In this document: positions 47,725 to 55,900 of the stretch, piece after piece
How positions within the stretch are numbered: the first letter of the stretch is position 1
How the letters are laid out: every line of letters begins with the position of its first letter
DNA from: Deltaproteobacteria bacterium
Lineage (GTDB): Bacteria; Desulfobacterota; Desulfobaccia; Desulfobaccales; 0-14-0-80-60-11
Length of the DNA: 61,641 nt
Direction of reading: 5' to 3'
Assembly: GCA_016874975.1 (NCBI GenBank)
Contig: VGSQ01000004.1
Coordinates: forward strand, 1-61,641
Notes under the pieces: model-generated
Seen by the model: only the letters and a program-made list of their open reading frames with translations
Told to the model about the DNA's origin: nothing
Databases searched by the model: none
Position numbers and translations under genes: made by a program

Positions 47725-47757
47725 AAAAGCCCACGAGGATGATATACCCCGTGGGCG
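47725..47757 (-). terminator. Intrinsic terminator after the porin gene
   Basis: GCCCACG...CGTGGGC stem with an adjacent A-run. Confidence 0.65.
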
Positions 47758-47781
47758 GTGGGAAGTCAATGGTTTTAGGTA

Positions 47782-49278
47782 TTAGAAGAAGTACAGGGCC
47801 GTAAACCGGACCGAATGGTTTTCACCGATGTCGGTGATATTGCCGGGGCCAAACGTGTTAATATTTTGATTGAACCCCATTCTCTTCTGGAACCAGTCGG
47901 TGCGGTTGTACTGGTACTGCAGGCCGAACTTCACCGAGGTGATGGGCGTATACCAGAGACCGATGAGGAACTGCTGCAGGGTCTTCATCTGGTCGCTGGC
48001 CGTCAGGTACTTGGAGCGGTCTAAGACGCCGGCGACCACGGGGGCCAGGAAATTGCGCTCCTGGGTGACCCCGAAGGCCTTGGTCATGCCGTAGGCCGCG
48101 GTGAGGAACCACTGGTTGGTGAAGTAGTACTGGGCCTGGACGTAGCCGCCGTAGCGGTTCGTCAGCTTCAGGTCATAGAAGCCCTGAGTGAACCGCAAGT
48201 TAACGGGGTCGAAGACTCCGCCGGGACCGACCCACACCCAGTAGCTGTTGTCCCCGTCATTACCCAGACCGAAGGCGCCGACACCCTGGCCGATGAACCA
48301 CTGGGTGCTCAGAGAGGCGGTGCCCGCCAGGTTGGCCGTGCGGGTGGGGATGATGGGGATGAACAGGGTCCCCTGGACCACCCAGTTGTTCATGATCTGG
48401 TTGTTGTCCTGGAACGCGGCGGCGGCCAGGGTCGCATTGTGTCTGTCATGCCCCCAGGTGTTTCCGGTGAGGCCCACCACGTTGTTGCGGTAGCGGGTGC
48501 GCTGCCAGGCCGCGGCCACCTGGGCCACAAAGCCCCGGGGCCTGCCGTAGAAGGCGGCCTTGCCGTACAGGTCTCTTTCAAAGGCAAACAGACCCTGCAA
48601 ATGCGGGGTCTCGGCGCTGGTGCCCGCCAGACCCAGGGAGCTGGACACGCCGAAGGGAACAGGGCGGTTTTGGCTGGCTTCCCAGATGGCGTCCCCGGTG
48701 TTGGTGGGCACGCCCACGAGGAAGGCCACCCTGAACATATCCGCGAATTTCTGGGTGAAGCGGATCTGGGCCAGCCGGTGGGTGGGCGAACCGGTTAGAT
48801 AGAAGCCGCCATCCTGGACGGTTTCAGCGGGGAATTCACACAGGAGACTCCAGAACTGGCCGAAGAGCAGTTCGGTCTCGGGCCAGTTCAGACGGAACAT
48901 GGCATGCCGCAGCCGCGGGGTGTAAGAATGGGACGGAGCCTGACGGGCATCCCCTTCTTTATCGAAATCCATTTCGATTAAGGCGCTGGTACTGGCGCCG
49001 AACAGTTTGGGACCCTTGATGGACAGATTGAAGCGGGTCCCCTGGGCCGTGAAACGCAATTGGCCGTGGTGGAAGTTGGGATCGTTGTTCCGTTGCGTGC
49101 GGGCATTCAGGGCCTTGTCCATCTGGGTGGAATCCCACCAGGTTTCCAGCTTGACAAAGCCGCCGAGGGTGAATTCCCACCCGCCGGTGGTGGCGGCGGG
49201 GGCGGGCGCGGCCAGAGCCGCGGCAGGGAAGGCTACCAAGGCCAAAAAGGCCACCAAAAGAATAGTTTTCTTTTTCAT
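47782..49278 (-). CDS. Outer-membrane beta-barrel porin (DcaP-like)
   Basis: Signal peptide; F.LGGFVKL, EMDF, PRLRHA, L.GQ.W; amphipathic strands; C-terminal aromatic YFF. Confidence 0.8.
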   Translation of the reverse strand: MKKKTILLVAFLALVAFPAAALAAPAPAATTGGWEFTLGGFVKLETWWDSTQMDKALNARTQRNNDPNFHHGQLRFTAQGTRFNLSIKGPKLFGASTSALIEMDFDKEGDARQAPSHSYTPRLRHAMFRLNWPETELLFGQFWSLLCEFPAETVQDGGFYLTGSPTHRLAQIRFTQKFADMFRVAFLVGVPTNTGDAIWEASQNRPVPFGVSSSLGLAGTSAETPHLQGLFAFERDLYGKAAFYGRPRGFVAQVAAAWQRTRYRNNVVGLTGNTWGHDRHNATLAAAAFQDNNQIMNNWVVQGTLFIPIIPTRTANLAGTASLSTQWFIGQGVGAFGLGNDGDNSYWVWVGPGGVFDPVNLRFTQGFYDLKLTNRYGGYVQAQYYFTNQWFLTAAYGMTKAFGVTQERNFLAPVVAGVLDRSKYLTASDQMKTLQQFLIGLWYTPITSVKFGLQYQYNRTDWFQKRMGFNQNINTFGPGNITDIGENHSVRFTALYFF

Positions 49279-49397
49279 CGTTCCCCCCTTGATTAAAAGA
49301 TGTGGTTCCCTTTTCTCCTTTCCTGCAAGTCCTTAAGGTGCAGGGATAATTTGGTTTTTAGACCACCTCCTTTGCCATCCTGGTCTAATCCGAGGCC

Positions 49398-49426
49398 ATA
49401 TTAAATTGGCCGTTCCTTTTTGTCAA
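49398..49426 (-). promoter_or_regulatory. Sigma70 promoter of the porin gene
   Basis: Minus strand TTGACA-17 bp-TAATAT in an AT-rich context. Confidence 0.7.
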
Positions 49427-49611
49427 TAAAAATTTCAAAAAAATTTTCCCTTGCCAAGCTTCTTTAAACCTTTCTCTGCAGCCTTGTCGACCTCTGGCGG
49501 ATTGAACTTTAAGGTATTTTCGGCGCGCCGGCAACCGCACCTCACTCCGGCCTCAGCCGGGGGATTTTAAACTCCCCGGCGCCGCATTCTTCTCAGCGAC
49601 CTTCCGTCCAG

Positions 49612-49814
49612 GCAGTCGCGCCCAGGCCTGTGGCCCACTCAGACCCCATGAAAAGGCCGGTGGGGCGGGCGTCCCTGCCCGCCGCCAGTCCCCGGCAACG
49701 GTGCGCGGTGCGCACCCTGCGGAACTGCTCCCGGCGCCATTCCTGCTGTCACCCCGTTCCGAAGCAGGAGCTTCGGGTGCACTAGCGTTCCCAAGCGGGA
49801 GCTTGGGAACGAGG
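49612..49814. repeat. Mosaic REP-like cluster
   Basis: CATGAAAAGGCCGGTGGGGCGGGCGTCCCTGCCCGCC; GGTGCGCGGTGCGCACCCTGC; CGTTCCCAAGCGGGAGCTTGGGAACGAG. Confidence 0.8.
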
Positions 49815-49934
49815 GTTATTTCCAAACCTCGTCCCTCTCCGACTTTTGAGGGTGATGATAAGCCCCGCACCAGGGGAAGTTAAGGAGCAACGGGCAAGAC
49901 CGCCCGCGCACATTTCCCCTCGTCGGGGCGTAAA

Positions 49935-50022
49935 CCCAAATCCCAAAACCCAGAACCCAAAACCCAAAACCCAGAACCCAAAACCCAAAACCCACCCCTG
50001 ACCCCTGACACCTGACCCCTGA
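49935..50022. repeat. Bipartite heptamer tandem array
   Basis: 8x CCCA(A/G)A(A/T) followed by 4x C(C/A)CCTGA. Confidence 0.9.
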
Positions 50023-50030
50023 AACCTCCC

Positions 50031-51854
50031 TCACAGGGGCCCGTGGATGATGTCCCAGAGGAAGGCCACCAGGCCCGCCAGGAGCATGTTCCCCTCCACC
50101 AGGCTTTCCAACAGCAAGCCCGATTCCTTGAAAACGTATCGGTAAAGGCAGAGGTAGCCCAACGCGTAAAGCCCGCAGAGCCCCAGGGCGTAACCCAGGG
50201 AAGGGATGAGGTGCAGCCGGGCGGCGACCAGGAGCATGGCCACCAGGCCCACGGCCCCCGAGGAGAGCACTCTGAGGGCGCCGCGCCGCCCCCAGGCGAT
50301 GGCCAGGGTCTCTTTGCCGACGATGCGGTCCCCTTCGATGGCCAGGATCTCAAAGAGGCCGGTGCGGATAAAGACCAGGCCGGCCACGAAGAAGAAAGCC
50401 ACCGCGGTGGCCCCGGTGACCTCCTGTTCCGAGCAGACCACGGGAATGAGGGCGGCCAACACCCCCCAGGCCAAGGCGGTGAAGACGCTTTTGGAGCCGG
50501 GGATTTCCTTGAGCCGGGCGATACGGGTGACGGCGGCCAGTTTTTCCGGGATGATCTTGAGGTTGTAGACCAGCCCCAGGCCGCTCATGGCCAGAATAAA
50601 GGCGAAGGCCACCAGCCCCAGGTAAAGTCCCAACGCCAGCGCCGCCAAGGCCGACAGGGCGCCGCTCACCAGCAGAAAGAGCCGGTGGCGCCCGTAAAAC
50701 ATGGACTGCACCGGATCGTTGAGCCGGGAGGCCTCATCCGTGAAGTGGTTGAGCAGGTGCATGGCGTACACGTAGAAAAAGGCCACGAAAAAATAGGCCC
50801 AGTCGGGCTCCACCTTTTGCAGGAGCGAGGAGGTGTAGCTGAGGCAGCCGGCGCCCAGGGCCACGTAAAGGTTGGACTTCAGGATGAAGCGCCAGATGCG
50901 GTAGAGGTATTGCACCAGGGAGCCGGGCCGGAAGGCCCAGGCGTGCTTCAGGGTGGTGACCACGTTGCTGATGAGCCAATGGGGGGTGGAGGCCCCGGCG
51001 GTCACCCCCACCACCTGGTAGCGGCTCATCTCCTTGAGGTCCAGTTCCTGCTCCGTCTCCACATGGTAGGTGGGCACGCCCGTGGCCCGGGAGATCTCCA
51101 CCAGGCGCTGGGTGTTGCCGCTGTTGCGGCCGCCCACCACCACCATGGCCTCCACCTGCCGGGCCATCTCCTGCACCTCGGCCTGGCGGCTGGCGGTGGC
51201 GTCGCAGATGGTGTTGTAGATCCTGGCGTTGGTAAACCGCTCTTTGACGGCGTCCACCACTTTGTTGAACTGGCTCTCGCTCTGGGTGGTCTGAGCCACC
51301 ACGATGACGTCCTGAATGTCCGGAACCGCGGCCACGTCCCCAGGGGAAGAGACCACGTAGCCCCGGCCTTCGGTGTAGCCCAAAAGTCCCCTCACCTCGG
51401 GGTGGTCCTCGTCGCCCACGATGAGGGTGGCATGGTCCTGGCGGGCCCAACGCCGGATGATGGCCTGCACCCGGGCCACCTTGGGACAGGTGGCGTCGAT
51501 GATGTCGCCCTGGGTGGTCTCCAGGACCGCCCGCTCCTGGGGCGGGATGCCGTGGGCCCGGATCAGCACCAGACCCGGGGGCGCCTCCTCCCCGGGCCCG
51601 AGCACCCGGATGCCGCGCTCCTCCAGGAGTTGGAGCACCTGGGGATTGTGAATCAGGGGGCCGTAGGTGTAGATGCGGGTCTTGTTCTGGTTCATGGCCT
51701 GGAGGACCATCTCCATGGCCCGCTTCACTCCCATGCAGAAGCCCGCGGTGCGGGCCAGCACCACCCGGATGGGGGCGTGGCCCCGGGCCCGACCGGCTTC
51801 GGGGGGACTTGCTCTCCCGGCCTCGGCAGGGGAGATGTCGGCCTTGTCTGCCAT
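50031..51854 (-). CDS. ispH: 4-hydroxy-3-methylbut-2-enyl diphosphate reductase fused to a C-terminal UbiA-like membrane domain
   Basis: AGFCMGV, LIHN, RAHG, DATCPKV, HPEV, NTICDAT, SGNT, TAGASTP, then ~290 aa multi-TM region with EGD...G..TL. Confidence 0.93.
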   Translation of the reverse strand: MADKADISPAEAGRASPPEAGRARGHAPIRVVLARTAGFCMGVKRAMEMVLQAMNQNKTRIYTYGPLIHNPQVLQLLEERGIRVLGPGEEAPPGLVLIRAHGIPPQERAVLETTQGDIIDATCPKVARVQAIIRRWARQDHATLIVGDEDHPEVRGLLGYTEGRGYVVSSPGDVAAVPDIQDVIVVAQTTQSESQFNKVVDAVKERFTNARIYNTICDATASRQAEVQEMARQVEAMVVVGGRNSGNTQRLVEISRATGVPTYHVETEQELDLKEMSRYQVVGVTAGASTPHWLISNVVTTLKHAWAFRPGSLVQYLYRIWRFILKSNLYVALGAGCLSYTSSLLQKVEPDWAYFFVAFFYVYAMHLLNHFTDEASRLNDPVQSMFYGRHRLFLLVSGALSALAALALGLYLGLVAFAFILAMSGLGLVYNLKIIPEKLAAVTRIARLKEIPGSKSVFTALAWGVLAALIPVVCSEQEVTGATAVAFFFVAGLVFIRTGLFEILAIEGDRIVGKETLAIAWGRRGALRVLSSGAVGLVAMLLVAARLHLIPSLGYALGLCGLYALGYLCLYRYVFKESGLLLESLVEGNMLLAGLVAFLWDIIHGPL

Positions 51855-52016
51855 GATTTACCTGAAAATTTCTACGCAGGCTGAAGTCTGCGGCTACCAA
51901 AGATTGCCCTTTGACTGCAATGCGGCGTTACATCTCCAAAGAATACATACCAAACGTCAGGTTCATCACGGTGGCAAAGGCCTCAGGAACATCGCCGTAT
52001 CGGCGCACCTCGTGAT

Positions 52017-53066
52017 TCAAGGCCGCCGCTCCTGCCGCAGCCGCCGGGCCAGGTGGCGAGCCACCAGCTCCCGGCCCGCATCGGTGAGGTGGATGCCGTC
52101 CGACTGGTAGGTCGGCTCGGTCCGGGTGCACAAAATATTCTGAAAATCCACAAAATAGGGTTTGCGCCGCAACTCCCCGGAAAGGGCCCGGTACGTCACC
52201 CGGAAGTTGTGGATGAGGGAAAAATGCTTTCCTATTATCATATATTCCTTTTCCTGTTTTTTCACGCCCTCATCCACCCTGCCGTCCTCCACCCACCACA
52301 TGGGCTGCCAGACCAGGAGAAACCGGGCCCCGAAACCCTCGGCCAGGCGGTGCAGGTAGTCGTAGCGGCGCACCGCGCTCTGCACAAATTCCGCCAGGAC
52401 CCGGTCCCCCTCCTCGATGGGAATGACCCCCTGGCGCACCTTGTCGTAGAAATCCCGGGTGTAGGAGGCGTACAGGGCGGCGTTCAGGGGCTTGAGCAGG
52501 CCGAAAAAGCTGCCGTGGTAGCTCTCGATGAGGGCCCGCACCTGGCGGTAGCCGTGGTGGGCGTCGGGGGTGCGGTACTGGGCGAAGTAGGTGCAGTCGT
52601 TGGCCCCGTCATAAAAAATGATCGCCGCCGGAGACGGCTGCTTCTCAATGAGCAGCTTTTGCAGGTACTTGGCCTCCATGAGGGAGTTGAAGCCGTCCAC
52701 CCCGAAGTTCCAGACCACCGCCGGCAAGCGGGGCTCTTCCTGGTTCAGCATCCGGGCCAGATAGCTGGGGATGGTGCGCTCGTCGAAATCGGTGACGCCC
52801 CGCACCGTGGAGCCGCCCATCATCCAGATATGGCGATGGGTGTTGGGGTCCGGCGAGGCGGGATTGTTCGCCGTGGGCCGCACCCCGGCGCCGGTCAGGT
52901 AGAGGGCGTAAGGGTCGTAGCGCACCGCCTCCCCCTCCCAGAACTGGCCGTAGAGGTAATAGGTGCTCAGGACGACGATGAGGAAGCACAGCACCTCCAG
53001 ACACACCAGGGCGGCCACCCCCCACAGAACCACCTTGAGCAGCCGGCGCCACCAGCGTTTGATCAT
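52017..53066 (-). CDS. Membrane-anchored SGNH/GDSL hydrolase-like protein
   Basis: N-terminal TM; GGST, NFG, YDGAND, DGIH blocks. Confidence 0.8.
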   Translation of the reverse strand: MIKRWWRRLLKVVLWGVAALVCLEVLCFLIVVLSTYYLYGQFWEGEAVRYDPYALYLTGAGVRPTANNPASPDPNTHRHIWMMGGSTVRGVTDFDERTIPSYLARMLNQEEPRLPAVVWNFGVDGFNSLMEAKYLQKLLIEKQPSPAAIIFYDGANDCTYFAQYRTPDAHHGYRQVRALIESYHGSFFGLLKPLNAALYASYTRDFYDKVRQGVIPIEEGDRVLAEFVQSAVRRYDYLHRLAEGFGARFLLVWQPMWWVEDGRVDEGVKKQEKEYMIIGKHFSLIHNFRVTYRALSGELRRKPYFVDFQNILCTRTEPTYQSDGIHLTDAGRELVARHLARRLRQERRP

Positions 53067-53217
53067 GCGTTCAACTCCGATGTCGTTGTGGTGGGGGTAG
53101 GGACGGGGGAGCGGCGGCCCCTGTGGCACGGGCATCCTGCCCGTGATTATCTCCTCCCACGCCCCCCTCCCAACCAGGCCTGTCCGGTAAGGATTTTGCA
53201 CGAAGGCGGTTTTTATG

Positions 53218-53549
53218 CCCCCTCCCCACGGTGGGAGGGGGTTGGGGCATTGGCGCTAACTTAAGCAAGCAGTGGGTATGCCAAGGGTAACCTGTTGAAC
53301 AGTCAAGATAAATCCCCCCTTACCCCCCTTTGCCAAAGGGGAGAATGAGCAGTCGGTGACCCGAAGTCCCCCTTTGGAAAAGGGGGATTTATGGGGATTT
53401 TAAGTAAAATCGGTATGTTATGATGTAAACTGGTTTTTTCTTAAGTTAGCGCCAATGGGGGGTTGGGGGGAGGGGGGCGAATGAGACAAGTCATCGTCAT
53501 TACAGATAATTTCGCCACCCCCTCCCCAGCCCTCCCCCATCAAGGGGGA
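53218..53549. repeat. C/G-rich palindromic element (same interior as 8249-8360) interrupted by the 210-bp MITE
   Basis: CCCCCTCCCCACGGTGGGAGGGGGTTGGGG[insert]...CCCTCCCCCATCAAGGGGGA. Confidence 0.8.
53248..53457 (-). mobile_element. 210-bp MITE, copy 2 (inverted relative to copy 1)
   Basis: Same 18-bp TIRs; GGGGGTTGGGG duplicated on both flanks; interior is a near-identical reverse complement of 31370-31579. Confidence 0.92.
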
Positions 53550-53555
53550 CCGAGT

Positions 53556-53693
53556 CTGAGATGAAGGCTCTTCCCTGTCCGGAGGCCTTTTTGATATGCG
53601 CCTCCTTTTATCTTAAGGCCGAAACATCAAGGCTGGAAGGCAATATCCTGGTCAGAGATGCCTTGTAAGCAAAAATCGTGCCGGACAGCCCTG
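53556..53693 (-). repeat. ~135-bp dispersed repeat, copy 2 (carries sigma54-type motif)
   Basis: Colinear with 11616-11748. Confidence 0.9.
53668..53683 (-). promoter_or_regulatory. Putative sigma54 (-24/-12) promoter
   Basis: Minus strand CGGCACGATTTTTGCT. Confidence 0.55.
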
Positions 53694-53831
53694 TCCTTGC
53701 CCCCCCTTTGGAAAAGGCGGGATACGTGCCGGACAACCCAAAGTCCTCCTTTGAAAAAAAGGGGGGTGAGGAGGATATCACCTAAGATAAAGATGCTATA
53801 ATGGCAACCGATCTTCTGACAGGTCAGTTCC

Positions 53832-53988
53832 GTAGGGTGCGCACCGCGCACCATTGCCGGGGCTGGAGGCGGTCAGAGACGCCCGACCCACCGGCCTTTT
53901 CATGGGTTACGGGTAGGCCAAAGGTCTAGGCGCGACTATTATGGGGGCTAAGGGGTTGGGAGAGGGGTCGGGGTCCCTTCGCCCCGGC
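53832..53988. repeat. Mosaic REP-like cluster
   Basis: GTAGGGTGCGCACCGCGCACCA (identical to 6-27); CCCACCGGCCTTTTCATGGGTTACGGGT module. Confidence 0.8.
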
Positions 53989-54034
53989 AAACTTGCAGAA
54001 CAGCATTTGCTCATCCGCGGAGGAGCCGCCCGGG

Positions 54035-54865
54035 ATGCGCCTCCTTTTTGTCACGGACCTGCACGGCAGCATCAGGAAATATGAGATCCTCCTGAAGGAG
54101 GCCCGGGCCGTCCGGGCCCAGGTGGTGGTGAACGGCGGCGACATGCTGCCCACCGAGGGAGACCTCTTCCGCCAGGGCGACTTCATCCGCACCTTCCTGG
54201 CCCGCCATTTCGAGGCTTACGACCACGCCGGCATCCACTACCTCTGCTTCCTGGGCAACGACGACCTGCGCATCTTTGACGGCCTGCTGGCGGAGACTGC
54301 GGCCCGCTGCGGCTACGTGCATGTCCTGGCGCAGCGCTGGCTGTCCCTGGGCGCCTTTGAGTTCATCGGCATGAATTGGGTGGCGGATTATCCCTTCCGC
54401 CTCAAGGACCGCTGCCGCCGGGACACGGAGAGCTTCCGCTTCCCGCCGCAGTACGGCTCGGCCCTGGTGTCCACGGCCCGGGGCTGGAAGGAAATCCCCG
54501 ATTGGTTCGGGTACGCTGCCCAATTGCCCAGTCTGGCGGAGGAGTTGGAGAACCTGCCCCAGCCCCGCCGCTGGCAGGACACCGTCTGCATCATGCACAT
54601 GCCGCCGGCCCATTTGGGGCTGGACGTCTGCCAGGACGGCCGCCGGGTGGGTTCCCAGGCCATCCACGACTACCTGAAAGCCCATCAACCCTTGCTCTCC
54701 CTGCACGGGCACATCCACGAATCGCCCCGGATGTCCGGACACTGGCAGGCCTGGCTGGGGAAGACCCTGTGCCTGCAGCCGGGCCAGGGCGCGGGGCTCA
54801 CCTATGTGGCCGTGGACCTGGCCACCCGGGAGTGCCGGCGGTTCGTGCTCCCTAACGTGCGCTGA
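54035..54865 (+). CDS. Calcineurin-like metallophosphoesterase
   Basis: DLHG, GGD, GNDD, H.PP, HGHIHE motifs; GGAGG RBS. Confidence 0.92.
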   Translation: MRLLFVTDLHGSIRKYEILLKEARAVRAQVVVNGGDMLPTEGDLFRQGDFIRTFLARHFEAYDHAGIHYLCFLGNDDLRIFDGLLAETAARCGYVHVLAQRWLSLGAFEFIGMNWVADYPFRLKDRCRRDTESFRFPPQYGSALVSTARGWKEIPDWFGYAAQLPSLAEELENLPQPRRWQDTVCIMHMPPAHLGLDVCQDGRRVGSQAIHDYLKAHQPLLSLHGHIHESPRMSGHWQAWLGKTLCLQPGQGAGLTYVAVDLATRECRRFVLPNVR

Positions 54866-54871
54866 CCGGAT

Positions 54872-55252
54872 TTATTTCTTCACATAGGCGCCGTCCACCG
54901 CCGCGGCGGCGCCCATGTAGTAGCGGCAGGTCTCGTCGCCGCCGGAGAGCACCGCCTTCCTGAGGTCCGGGTAAAACTTGAGCACCAGGCGGCAGCCCTC
55001 CTCCCCCTCATATACACCCACGTCGTTCTCCAGCCGGACCTTGCCTTCGATTTCCGCGGTGTGCTGCGTGGCGCGGGCCACCGTGTGCACCTTGAAGGCA
55101 ATCTCCCCGCCGGCCAGCTCCTGCACCGTGAGGGTCCCGGACAGCCCCTTTCTCTGGAGGTGATAAGTTCCCGCCACCTGCGCCTGCGCCAGCGCAGCCG
55201 TCCACAGGATGGCCAACAGCGTCACCAGCCACGCACGCATCATGGTCCGCAT
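54872..55252 (-). CDS. Small exported hypothetical protein
   Basis: AAGGAG RBS, signal peptide (AQA), two Cys, beta-rich. Confidence 0.8.
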   Translation of the reverse strand: MRTMMRAWLVTLLAILWTAALAQAQVAGTYHLQRKGLSGTLTVQELAGGEIAFKVHTVARATQHTAEIEGKVRLENDVGVYEGEEGCRLVLKFYPDLRKAVLSGGDETCRYYMGAAAAVDGAYVKK

Positions 55253-55341
55253 GGCCAGATCTCCTTCGGGATGGATCTTGGCCCGGCATCCTATACCGTT
55301 TTCACATTGACCTGCAACGAATCTCCTAATCGGATCCTAAC

Positions 55342-55890
55342 GTAGGGGCGGGTTTCAAACCCGCCCCTACAAAAGGTTTTTCATGCCCGGGGGTGGCCCC
55401 GTTGGGGCCATGAGCATTTCAAGACAGTTACTCATGAGCCTGCGGCTCACCCGCAAAGCATGAAAAGTTCTCCCCCTCACCCTGCCCCTCTACCCCGGGG
55501 GGCTGAGCATTACCCACAAGTCCCAGGGAAGGGATGAGGAGCAGCGAAAACCTCGTTCCCAAGGTCCTGCTTGGGAACGCAATGCGCCCGAAGCTCCTGC
55601 TTCGGGCGGTTGTCCTAGGGCGCGCCGCGCACGCCGGGGCCGGCGGCCGCGGGCCGCCCTATCACCTGCCCTTCAGGCGTTTTTTATGTCCGGTGCGCCG
55701 GGCGCAGCCTAAAGGCTGCGGCTACCAAAAGAACCATGCGGCAGGGCGGGCTCTGCCCGGCGCCACCCCCTGACAAGGGGGCGCAGTGCGCACCCTGGGC
55801 GACTTGTGGATAATGATAAACCCATCGGGGGGAGAGGGGGGACCGGTGGCACAGGCTTTCCAGCCTGTGGCCCCCCCGGGCCCCCTCCCG
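55342..55890. repeat. Large mosaic REP-like cluster downstream of ppdK
   Basis: GTAGGGGCGGGTTTCAAACCCGCCCCTAC; inverted pair of CATG modules (55378-55466); CTCGTTCCCAAGG.CCTGCTTGGGAACG; GCAGCCTAAAGGCTGCGGCTAC (relative at ~51876); CACAGGCTTTCCAGCCTGTG. Confidence 0.85.
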
Positions 55891-55900
55891 ACATTTCTTG

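Noticed and set aside
51928-52016. Fluoride riboswitch-like GGCGATG...TGATG and a short ORF upstream of ispH
   Set aside because: The expected pairing partners are absent, the downstream gene is unrelated, and the ORF lacks a convincing start.
53719-53734. Second GG-N10-GC motif (GGCACGTATCCCGC, minus strand)
   Set aside because: It lacks the TT before GC; more likely a partial duplication of the repeat end.
53627-53854. Short ORFs inside repeat mosaics (also 37-555, 10194-10643, 26777-27251, 47341-47804, 49553-50034, 55534-56006)
   Set aside because: They translate the repeats themselves (e.g. FPSRSLGT, VRGAHP, GFWVLG) and lack RBS or codon support.
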